This document shows positions 35,201 to 47,600 of a stretch of 64,000 nucleotides of DNA, one piece after another; the stretch's first letter is position 1; every line of letters begins with the position of its first letter. The position numbers and the translations under genes are program-made. The stretch is taken from NCBI GenBank assembly GCA_037379345.1, contig CM074517.1, forward strand, positions 15,376,001 through 15,440,000, read 5' to 3'. The notes under the pieces are model-generated. The model saw nothing but the letters and a program-made list of their open reading frames with translations. It was not told where the DNA came from and did not search any database. Source of the stretch: Perna viridis. Its lineage: Eukaryota.

Positions 35201-36752
35201 ATCGTGTATAGAGAGTTAAATGTCAGTGGTCACGGTAATAGTCGGTTATACCATATCTTTCTTTTTGTTCTTCAATGACAGTTGCTATATGTCTTGTGGA
35301 ACGCAAGCATGCTTCCGAACTGATGTGTTTATTTCCCATAACTCGCTGTAAAATATTGTCGACTACAGCATTAATGCCTCGCAGGTATTGTGTGCTATTT
35401 AATGGGGTGTGCTTTTGGGAACATCCTATAGATACGGGAGGAACCTCATAGAATTAAGATTAACCAGTCTTGTAAAGATTATGGAAGTACAGTATTGTTG
35501 TGTACCACGTGTTCTAACTACAGGGATGCTTAATTCCCATTGGAAATCCTGGCAAAGGTTTTATTTTGGTTTTTACATTATTCGATCTACACGGCAGGGA
35601 AAATTTAGATAAAAAAAAATAATGATTTACTTCGTCTATTCCTTTTCAATTCGCATGTTTTCTGCATTGTCCCGAAAATCCAAAAGAAAAAAAAAATGCG
35701 CCGAACATACTTGTATCTAAAGATGGCCAGTTGTTCAGGAGTCAACTAATTTTTTTCTAAGTACATACAATGAATGACAGGACCACATACACGTACATGT
35801 TTAATTTTCACTTGTCGAACCATAAAAAAAACTACTACATATTGCTGCTCTTTGATTTTTATTGTTCTGCTGCCACGAAATATTGTTTAATTAAATTACA
35901 ATATCAAACTTGCACTTAATAGACAAAAATAGGACTTTCAATGATTTTAATGACGATTAAAAACTAGAAATTTTCAATGTCATAAAAATTAATGTCTCCG
36001 TGTGACTTCTGTCCTGGAATAAAAGGTTAATTTGACGTGTGTTCGTTTAGAACTATTTGAGACACTACCTTACAGTATGATTTTATAACACTTAAATAAT
36101 ACTGAATTGTTTAATGGCCTCCTATTGTAAAAACAGTTGTTTGGTATATATGCCTTATTTTATTTCTTTTTACAGTATTGTTAATATCAGGTTTTTGGGG
36201 GTTGAAAACTTAGCATTTCAATTATATATATATATATATTTGAGTGGACTTTCAATGCATTTTGCTTCACATATGACATTACGTACGTTACTTAACACAA
36301 TAAAATGTATTTCTATTTTTACAGATTTCCTCTGTAGATATTGATAACAAGGAATGTCATTTTTTTCTATAGAACTGTTTTCTTTATAATTGTAAATGTC
36401 CAGATCAACATGAAAATGATTTTCATCTATATTATCTAATATCAAACTGGATCGAAATTAGAATTAAATACAATAATTTGTATACGTGTTATACATGTAC
36501 AAATAACGAGTGCATAAAGGTACCGGTAGAAGACGTTACTGGTCCATTGTTAATGTGGTGTATATTAAAAATTTGAATATGGAAAATTATGCCTTGAATT
36601 AAAACTGCTAAAAGAACTGTTTCCATTTATCATTTGAAGAGAAGACGTCTATAAGATCACTAAAAAGTGAGGGAAACATATGGAGGAATTCACGTAATAA
36701 ATTTTAAAATATATCTTACTAAAGAGGTAAGTCAGACCTTTGTGCTTACATT

Positions 36753-36980
36753 TGGGAAAAAAATAAATAAATAATATGCGTGTTTCCCCATTACATTTTC
36801 CAAAAATAGGGTAGGTTGGATTTTTTTATTTTACTAGTTTTTACCTTTAGTCTATGAGAAAATTTTGACATTAAAAGTGCTTATTGAAAAGTGACCTAAA
36901 AAAATTATAAGGTTAATATTTTTGCTGAAAAATAAATTGAGTAGTGTAATAGGAAATGCACATCTTTTCTCTTTGGCTTT
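36753..36980. mobile_element. MITE (AGGCCAAAA-type TIR family), degenerate
   Basis: Imperfect terminal inverted repeats (aaaataatatgcgtgtttccccattac / gtaataggaaatgcacatcttttctctttggc) and an internal tagggtagg motif shared with the copies at 41340 and 44378. Confidence 0.5.
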
Positions 36981-39459
36981 GTTTAGTCATTTGTAGTAAT
37001 TTAAAATAATAAAATTAAGGTAATAATGAAGCTGTGGGCTCAAGGGGCAAGTTTTATCAAATCCGCAAAAATAGGTTTCATTGGTTGTCAGAAAATAATA
37101 ATTCACTAAATAGACAACAGCCTTCAAATAAATTCAAAACCCATTTTCCCACACATATTAAAACATTTATCAATTTGAAAACTATATAAAACTAATTTGA
37201 TAACCCTTCTGTATAAAATTACTATAATAAATAATCATAACTATGATCTGTAATTTGTAAACAAAACAACTTAACATGTGTTAAATGATGACACGAGAAC
37301 TTTATTACAGATAATAACACACTATTGACAAGCCTGACTTCAAATTATGGCGACCCCAAATCGATCATTTTCTCCTTTAACAAATTTGATCATTCGTCAG
37401 GAGAGTTAGGAAGGCTGTGCTTTGTATAATGCGGACATTGTTCTCGCTTTATCACTGCGATCTCACTTGCAGAATAGAAAGCTTAAGTTACACTTTACAT
37501 GGAATACCCACCTTGTACCCCAATCTGGGTTTCTTAAGATTTTTTTTAAATGTTCTTGCTGTGTAATTCTAGACGAAAGGTCAAATTATTTTGTGTGTGT
37601 ATTCTAGTTTTTATATACGTGTAAAACATTTTGGTTTGAAATTGAAACAAAATGTTAACAGACATTTGTCATCAGGAAATTAAAGACTTATTGCTTTAAG
37701 AAAGTAAAGAGAGAAATTCGTATAGGTTCAATATTATACCGACATCGTAGTTTCTACTTAATTATTAAAAAAATTTGTTATTTTGACCTTTTAGTATTTG
37801 TACATTTTATTTTACTGAACACCCGGTATAAAATATTATAAATATGTTGATAAAAAAAATAATAAAGTTATTTTAACAGCAAAAACTTAAAAAAAATATT
37901 CAAATTAAATAAAATATGACACAGAGTTTGTGTTTAATTTCATATCATTTTTTATATTACATGACATGGAGTGTAACTGAATATCTAAATATTCCGATTT
38001 TATCTGACAATAATTTGTAAGAAAATAAAGTTAACTAGTACGTAATTATATAACTAAATATGTTGCTCCTTGCTGACATTGTAAATTATAAATTTTAAAT
38101 TGATATACAATGGGATAAGAAAAGAGATTACACATTGTGTGTTCACTATCTTCTAATTTAAATGATTCAATATCAAAATTGAATTTCTATATTTTAGGAA
38201 CAGTCAAAGGAAAATTATTTATTATCATAAACAATAATAACTATTTTCTATTTTGAAACGATTTTGGTTTTTCCATGTAAACAAGATAGAATTGAGTTCT
38301 GAAGAAAATTCACACGATGCTTCAATTAATCAGTAAAATTCTAATAACATTAAAAATGCTTAAAAAGAAATAAAAATTAGTCACGCAAACGTGTTTATGT
38401 TCTGACAATTTTTACACAGCGTTTTGTATATTCATATTATTTCCTTTACAAATCCTCGCAAAATCTAATATAATTATAATAGCGGCGATAAGGTACCCCA
38501 GGCTGTTCCCACATAGCCATACATCACGCAATCGTATATTTCAATTTTTGTAACCTGGGAGTCGTAACTGTTACTTCCCATCGCATACTGCGAAAATAAA
38601 CACCCTTTTGTTTGATTTCGCCATTCTTTCAAGCGGCGTCAAATTTTCTGGCCTTTGAAAGTCGGTACTATGAATCTCGGAGGTAGGATCAAACAGACGT
38701 CATACAATCGACCAATTTTGGCCAACAGTACCCATGGGATGAACGAATAAGATTAAAATTTACACCCTTTCCGACAATTTTATTGCTCAATTGCACATCC
38801 TGTGTTCAAATATGAATGATGTCAAAACTTATGAATTATGTTAATATATACTTACATTTTATGTATTAAGTTAACACAAGTTCCTTGAGATTCAGTTTGT
38901 TTATTTGTAGACAGAAAAAAATAGTAACTGTGAATAAATTGTACAAGTCCAAATTTTTTGAGTTGATGTCTCTTTCGGATGATATAATGACAATATTTTC
39001 AACATAAGTTTGATAAAAAATAAACACTTCTTGAAGATAAAATCCAACACAAATTTTGTTACTTTGCCGGTAGCTAGAAACTAAATGAGAATACAGCGAC
39101 GAAAAGTTAACCTTTATCGCCGAGACTGACAGTGAAATCTGATTTTATTACTCCATGAAAAGATTTGAAGATTTGTGGTGATTTGTGAGATGTCAATGGG
39201 CTTTCTGACAGCCCATGAAAAATAACGATATTATAGGCATTAATTACCTCCCGCATAATAATAAAATCATATCCATCGCTGGAACGCTCTTGACCCATTT
39301 CTTTCAAAATGTCCGCCAATACACACATACAGTTTTGTCCTTTGAAAATCAAATTTTTCAACTAATCACAGATATATTGTTCATATTTACTCTATGTAAC
39401 CGTCTATATTTAGAAAATGCAAAGTCTTTCAACCTGTCAGAAATCTCGTATGACATTGT

Positions 39460-39485
39460 TGATTGGTTGTTACGGTCACATGACC
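39460..39485 (+). promoter_or_regulatory. Hox2 CCAAT-box (reverse) plus E-box module
   Basis: TGATTGG (39460-39466), a 10-bp spacer to CACATG, within GGTCACATGACC (39474-39485). It lies about 155 bp upstream of the ATG. Confidence 0.75.
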
Positions 39486-39639
39486 TAAACAGCAGTGGTT
39501 ATCATTCGGTTACGTCCATCTCGTGTATACTTTTTAATGCATAGTTGGTAAAGTGTCACCTGGAAAGAATATAAGTAAAGACATGTGATATTATTACACA
39601 CATTTTTTCAGTGCAAATCTGTTCCTTGACAAATTTCAA

Positions 39640-39934
39640 ATGACGATGGACGAGGGGCGAGAGTCTGGCTTTATCAACAGCCAACCGAGTATAGCAGAAT
39701 TTATGACTTCGGTGCCACTTATCAATGAGAATTTACAAGCACCATCAATCATTGCGAGCGACGGCATGCGATCTTACTGCCAATCTTTCTCTGCCTCACA
39801 GACACCGACCCAGGACATCGGGGGCGACCCTGGGGCAAGGGATAACGGACTAGGACTCAAGTTCCCGGATTATGCTTGGATGAAAGAGAAGAAACCAGTC
39901 CGGAAAGGAGTCACGCCTGACCAGAACGAGCTAG
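39640..39934 (+). CDS. Hox2: Hox2/proboscipedia coding exon 1
   Basis: RESGFINSQPSIAEF is the diagnostic Hox2/pb N-terminal motif. Hexapeptide context is FPDYAWMKEKK. Phase-1 donor G|GTATTG at 39934/39935. Confidence 0.92.
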
Positions 39935-41339
39935 GTATTGCTATTTATTAGAACACTCCCAGTGCTTTTATGCTCAGATAAAAAATGGGATTTTTAGTTG
40001 ACATTTAGTAATTTGAGTCGGTAGAGAAGATGGGCTATTAGATTAAAACTATTTATTTTCCAGACATAAAATTTTGACGGCTCAGCGTGGCACTCTTAAA
40101 CTATAATGAATGTTGTATTTTACCGAATGCAAAGTAACATCTTTATTTTGTCAACAATCAAACTTCAATGTATTTAAATTTTATTATAGTGGTCAGAACT
40201 CAATAGTCTTTTCAGTGAAGATACCCCTGGTACCGTATGATATTTTGAAATGTGTATGGACATTTAATTGAAAAAATCTTTTGTGTGTTGTTCGACATTG
40301 GTAATCAAAAGATGTAAATTATAGGACAGTATTTACTTCCATGGTGGTCAGATGTTATATATACAGTATAGAAATTTGTTTTATACAACATCAACATTTA
40401 TTCTAATATTTGAAATCATTTTCTGTCAATGAAATGATTGTACATTTAACTGTAGAATTATCACCAATATCAAATACTAAAATATTCATATTTACAAAGA
40501 ATATTCCTAGATATAAGCGGTACAGTGCATTCGTTACATTGTTTGTATGATAAAATCATTGAAATATTGAAAATGTTTACAGTGTGATGCTTCAATGATA
40601 AACATCATGTATATATCTAATATCTCAATTTATTCATGTTCAACATGTGCAGATTTGTCAATATTATATTTTCCTTTTTTTTAGTATCTAAATTTGGCTA
40701 AAATGGATTTTATAAAATCTCAATATCTTTTTTAAAAAAAAAACATGTCTTTTTTTATAATTTATAATCACAAAGTTGGATCTGTTCGTTTGGTATTGAA
40801 AAAAAAATGAACAGCCTTTGAATATTTCTGATTACAAGACACTATTTGGCAATGTCTTAATTTATTATTGTGAACATATTTGTAATGTAAAAACTTTTTT
40901 TAATATAGCAGTTTAATTCCAATTTTGGATTTAATGGAGATATTTAAGGATGATTTAAAAAATATATCATAAATACTGGAACACCACCACATACCCTGTG
41001 AAAACAATGAGATATCTTAGTGTTACTGTACATATGTGTACATAAATGTATATGTATGCACGTTACATATGTATATATGCAATTTTACATTTAAAAGCTG
41101 TATAAGAGGATTAATTTGGAGTCTTTAGACCTATTAGATAGTTATTTTGTATTTTGAAATCGATTCAATCCCAGTCAAATCAAGAAGGTAAATAAAAAAA
41201 TTACAAAGCTTTAAAAATGCAGGAAAAAGGGAACAATTTATGAAAGTTTTTTTAAAAGATTTTTATGTACATTGCTTTCATAAATGTGTTGAATAATTTT
41301 TTCCTGTTTTTCCTTAAGCAATTTGATGCATATATTAGG

Positions 41340-41565
41340 TTAGACAAACAAAATAGTCTTGTTTCCAGTTACATATACCAGCAAGGAAAATGTAGAGTAT
41401 GTCAGGTAGGAAATTATTGTATTTTTCAATTTACATTGATTTTATGGGGAAAGAACGTATACTTTAGCATTGCTTTAGTCAAAATGGCCATGAAATATTT
41501 AGGGTAGGTACAAAAAATTAGGGTAAGTATGGTAGCAGGAAACCGACATGTTATTTTTTGCCTTA
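41340..41565. mobile_element. MITE (AGGCCAAAA-type TIR family), degenerate
   Basis: Imperfect TIRs ttagacaaacaaaatagtcttgtttccagttac / gtagcaggaaaccgacatgttattttttgcctta, with internal tagggtagg motifs. Confidence 0.55.
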
Positions 41566-44377
41566 CATCCAAAAGATTAAGGATTGGAGGGTTATTTGCA
41601 TTTAATTTCTATAAAAAAAATATTGCATGAATCGAGCTTTTTTACGTTTGTACAAAAATAATTGAATAATGACCTGTTTCTTTTAAGAGGAAAAGGAGAA
41701 AGAAAACTACTCACATAAACCGCTAAACAATTTAATTTTAATTCTGAAGAGAAGTGCTTTGCTAGTTTTTCTGACTTGGTTCACAAACACATACCTAAAA
41801 TCCCATTTCGTTTCCAATTGTATTTACTTTCTATGTTATGAAAGGTAAAAACAGGAAAGAAATTTTCGTGGAAGTGTTTACATATTTATTTGACGGGACA
41901 TATTTTCAGGCTTTGTTGATTAATTAAACATCATGCAAATCAATGTGAAAGAAAATGAAAAATCAACAAGACGTGAAGATTGAGCCTTTCTGGAATTCTC
42001 ATTTACAACTACAGCTTACACTCCAAACTCAACAAGCAGATTCTCCAAAGTACAGGTTTTCTTGTCACTGCCAAAGGGTTCGCCACTCAAGAAGGAAAAT
42101 AATGACAAGATATTAGAATCAATTTAGACTTGTAACAAGAGTAGAATAGCAGTTGTTTAATCCTTCCTGGCTGGCGGATCTGAGACCTAGTAAATCTTCC
42201 TCCTAGCAATGATTTCAAGATATTTAATATTCAATTTTAGAAGCCAATAAATGCTGGTTTGTGAACCAATTATAAAATAAATTTAACATATTACAAACTT
42301 TAAATGTTTCAAAACATGATTGTTTGACCTGCTGACAATAGAGAGAAATCTCGTTGTATTAAGGCTGGATAAATTTGCACCGTTCAGGCGAAAATGGGAG
42401 ATGCAAATTAATGCGTTGCGTGGCAGTGCGAAATCAGCCATATTTATTTTACTTTGAAATTATTTTTAGTCATGTTCAAATTGTAAAGACTCAATTTCGC
42501 TTTCAAAGGAGGGCAGTTTGTAGCTTAATTTACGCAAAGATTAGGAACCTTAATACTGTACAAATTTACATAGAAAATCTATCTGTATTCCTCTGTAAAG
42601 CGAAAAATCAGAAGATGCAACGTTACTGTGAAATGAGGAAGAAAACATCTAAAATTAAACTGCATTTTGTTCCTGAAATTTACATAAATATGTATTTTGC
42701 AAAACGATATTTAATTCATACAGTAAAATATGAAATTCCATAGATACATTCATCCCCTCCTTCTTTCAAATGTCTGCATCAGTGAAATGTCTTGTTTTAA
42801 ACTTTATTAAAACCAAACTTGACCAAACACGAACCGTGGTCGATGGTAGAAAGATCTTTATAAAGGTATATATACCTTTACCGGACAAACTATATTTGTA
42901 GTTTATCCCGTCTTTCTCGTTTCAAAGAAGCTGCATATGTTATTTGCCATTCTATAACCAGATCCAGACGTTATATTCCCAGTTTACAAACAAATTGTGC
43001 TGGGCTCTCTAAAAAGAAATTAACTAATACATCCATGTCACATACACGATTAAAATAAGCAAATCTTTAGATTTTTGGTAAGTGAACGAGTGAAAATATT
43101 TTATTTTAACCAACCATAGTTAGGGGCAAATTCATTGGTACAATACACCTTTTTGAATACCTCCTTAAGACTATTTTTATCTCGTTAGGTTTTCACTGAC
43201 CTATTTCACGAAGATGTGTTATTTTCAATTAAAAACCCAATGAATTCATAATATGCAATAGAAAAAGGACACAATGAATATATGAAATCCTGTTTATAAT
43301 AACACGGAAGTATATTATCTAGCATTTATCCATCTGTAATAGTAACAATATATCAGTTAAATCATTTTATTTAATCCATACCAAAAGTGAGAGACAGAAA
43401 GGGAAAAAAATCTGTTACTTTCAACGTGTTGTGAAATGAAAAGAGGACGTTTCTTGCTTCACCCCTTCCCTTTGTATTTGTGATGAATTGCCTACTGTGC
43501 ATATAAAATTAATTCTTATTACACAGAAAACTTGTTTATGATCCAATATGTACTGTTTTTATGGGTCTCGCTTGTTTTATTGTCCTGGAAAATTAAATTA
43601 TGCAATATTGTTAACAAATTCGTTGCCATTTCCATAAATTCTGTCATGGATAAAATATAAAAAAAGAGTTCATTTTAATAATTTTAATGTTTTATAAAAA
43701 CAAAACTATTAAGACTAAAAGTAGACCTTAACAAATCTAAGATGTATGTAAATTACCAATTATTAAGTTTCCGCGTGCTTTAACCCCTTCTCCACAATTT
43801 TTCTTTATTGTAATAGTTCCTAAAGTGCATGGCTCTGATTCCAGTTGAACAACTGATATAATGATGGCGAAACCAATACAAATTGAAACGTTATGTTTTT
43901 GCAACGCCATTTCAAAGGGACTTGCTGTACCAATAGAGTCATTCATGTGTTGGTCCTCGCTAACTATGTAAAACTTCAATAAATGGAATTTACAAATTAA
44001 TTGACAAATATAAATGAACCTTGGACAAGTACTTTGAATAATACTACACAATTCAAAACTATGCTAATGTTTTAGATGAAGACGAAACAGCATTGCTTCA
44101 AGAGTTTCTTGTTATATCACCCCTATTACAAAATGAAGGTAAGAGATCTGGAACGGTGCGTTTGACCTTCAAAAATGTATTCTAATATTCTAATGGTTTG
44201 CTTTGGCTATTCCAGCTCTATGTGTCGGTTTCTTCTCTTTGTTTCTCTTGTAAAACTGGTTGAAGAAAAATCATTTCTTTCTCAATTTTTCTTCTAATTG
44301 TACGAAGAAGTTCAAACCATGTGATTGGTCTACACTGTTTATAGAATATAAATTTGTGATTTTTTTACATTGTATTT

Positions 44378-44631
44378 TAGGCCAGAGAAAAGAACTTATC
44401 TGTTTAAGGTTACCATACCTTCGCTATTTTTTCCGCCTACCCTAGCACAATTTATTGGTACTTTGTTTTTAAGAATTGCCCCTAAACTTAAGCTTAAGCA
44501 CTTTTAAATTCAAGAAATTTTCCCGTAAGTGTCTATATAAAATAATAAAGAAAATAAAATGTTCTTATCTACCTATTAATCTATCCAATGTAAGCTTAAA
44601 CAGACACATATTTTTTTTTCTCTTGGCCTTA
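44378..44631. mobile_element. MITE with about 30-35 bp TIRs
   Basis: Left end taggccagagaaaagaacttatctgtttaag. Right end cttaaacagacacatatttttttttctcttggcctta, whose reverse complement matches the left. TA-flanked, with internal cctacccta. Confidence 0.7.
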
Positions 44632-47600
44632 TAGTAAAGACGTGAACTTACCATTCTATGTCTGATATTAGCGTGTCCTGAACAAGTGACGATTTTTTTC
44701 AGGGATTTGTTCTGATATATCCGAAAGAAATTACAATGCTATAATTTTTCCCCTTAACAATAAGAACAATAAGAAACTTAATACTACAAGACAATAAAAG
44801 TTTCAGAATTTTTAACATGAAAATGGAGAACTTATTAACTGGGTACTTATATAATTTTTAACATTTTTTATTTTGTTTTTATTTTTTGTGCTCTTTTGAA
44901 AAAAAAACCCATCTTCTGAACAGTGATAATGATTAAAATTTTGGTGACAAACAACACCAAATGCACGTGTAATAAGGTTTGTGATTCTTCTAGACACACA
45001 CACACATATTGCTTCACAAATTGTAGGTAATATAAAAACAGTTTTTTCTTGTGAAGAAATACCCAGACTCAATTTAGTCAAATTCTATACAAATGTATGG
45101 CAAGTGATTTTGTGTCAGGATTGGAGACAAACAGCACGAGCTTCCATATCAATCCACAAAATTATGATAAAACAAAATAGATTATCGTTAAGCCATACTA
45201 GAACTTTTATTAAGCATCTTTGACCGTGACAAAGGGGAGGAAAAAGCTCAATAACGGCCACAACTCCACTGTTTTAAGGTACATGGTAGAATTTTAAAGG
45301 CTGAATCAAAGTAAACGAAACAATATAAATATTCATATCTTCTCATAAAATTATACGTATTGTTCTGACACGTTTGTAATTCTACTTTTAAATGTGCGGA
45401 CATAAATTGTTTCAACAATTGTTTTATATAGAGTTCTAATACCCTCCTGATATAGTATCACTTAGTATTGACATAGATTCAAGTTCAAATAGTTTGCCAT
45501 TACCGAGTCTATATCCTTAACGCTGAGGTATTACAGACCTTGTAAATGTTCATACACTAGCAATTTCATTAATATTGTCCAAATAACTGCGAAAATATGC
45601 ACCGCTCTTCTACAAGTGAAAATACAGTAAACATACGTTAAGCTTCTTACGAGAATAACTTTTTTGTTTTCTTCGCATGGGAGAGCAACTACAATATGTA
45701 GAAAATCTTACAGAATTTTGATATTACATTGTATATGTAGAAGATTTTAATTTCGTCAAGAATTTTGCCGTCTCATAACAAGCCCGATGTATCCTGTATT
45801 ATTTGGATTGATTTATTTTTGCACGAGTTAAGTTCTCTCTGTATGGCTGATAAAATGAATTGGTATCATACTGTTTTAAATGGAGTTCTTATAAACGGTT
45901 TATTTTGATAGTTTCTTTAGATTTCTTTGATGCCCATATCTACTAATTAGTAACTTGTTGATGGGATTTTGACTTTTTCTCGAAACGCCAATCGCTGTGG
46001 TAAATGGTGTAAGTATTAACAAATCGATAAATGCAGTCGTCCCTCGCTCTGTAATGGAATATGTTGAACTGTGTTTCCTGAGGATCAGCGCATGTTCACG
46101 AAGAAACAAACTCCCCAAAAGGACGTATTCCTTCCACAAATATTTTCGTTATTTGTTACCCGAAACATCAAATTAAGTGCTATTATTTTCATTTTTGAGA
46201 CTTGATACAATATTACGAATAATTATTTTTGGGATGTACTCTAAAAATATCTTCCGTTTTATGCGCTTTTAATGCGGTTTGAAGAAAAGAGGCTGCACGC
46301 TGTTTCTCATGTTGAGCAAAATTCTATGAAATAATTTTATGAAAGAAAGCTCATTACCATGCGTATAACATTCCTACAGTCAAGTGTCCTGTCAATCATC
46401 TGTTCATATCTTGACGTTTCTCAACAAGTAAATGCATAACTGAATGTACTTCAGTCAAGAACGTCCTGTTCTATTTTGTTTACGTATATATTTCTCTGCC
46501 AGTTCGAGCACACCTTTCATTTTGATTTCTGTAAAAAAAGAAAAAAAAACAAGTAATAAACAGTGACAGCTTCAGTCAGAAACGTCTAGCGATTTTTTGC
46601 TCAATTTTTAGTTTCCCACTCTTCACCTGTCATTTTTTTTTTAATCATTTTATTTTTAGTTATACGATAGTTTTCTAATTTTTGTTTGTTTGAAACAGAT
46701 CAGATCTGGGAACGGAAACTGTTTCACTCTTTCTATTTTACTGTTTAAAGTGATAGGAATATACAATGAATGTACTTTCATCTGTCTAAGTCAATTAAAT
46801 TGTATTTAGCTGGAGATTTTTATTTAAGTGGCTTCTATTCTTATTCTTTATATAAAATGAGTTTAAAATTATAATGGAAACTAGGTTTTATAAAATAAGA
46901 CAAAAGCAATCACCCAATCAAGAGGACAAACAGTTCATAATTTTTAAAATACTGTCTTGTAAGCTTGCAACAAATCGCAATTTATCGAACATTTAGTTTC
47001 TGGGCATAATATTAATTTTCGCTTTCGAAATCCAAAAAAACACAGTTTGTATACCTGAAAGTAATGTCCGTAATATATTATCTATCTTCCCGATTTCTCT
47101 AGATTCAAATTCTGCTCCCCAACGTTCAAACATATTGATACCTCAAGATATCTCTTACTTGATGAAGTAGAGACACGTAATGTACTCATTATTCATTATA
47201 AAGACGTAATCATCAACTTGTCCCTTGTAATGTCCGTCAATCAATCGGCCTGCTGCATTTACATCCCATTTCTGATAGAAATAGATGCATTACACCTCCA
47301 GACATCTAGAATAGTGCAAAAATACGTATTTGTTATTGAAACAAATTTTAAATTGTCCCATTTAAGTCCTGAACATCACGAAAACCATTCCATGTGGACA
47401 GATCACCAACCATCTTGATCCAATCGAGGACAAAGGAGAATTTAGCCTCGGATTACAATTCAATTTAATGGCAGGAATATAAAAACCATCTAAATAAAAT
47501 ATTTATGGTATTTTTATGCTTGATACATGAAAATATTATTCGGTACATAAATTTTATGATATATAGCCACGAGGAGCACAAGGTATCCAAACGAATGTAA

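Noticed and set aside
39215-39544. 109-aa ORF upstream of Hox2
   Set aside because: Composition is typical of translated AT-rich non-coding DNA, it spans the promoter motifs, and no homology is evident.
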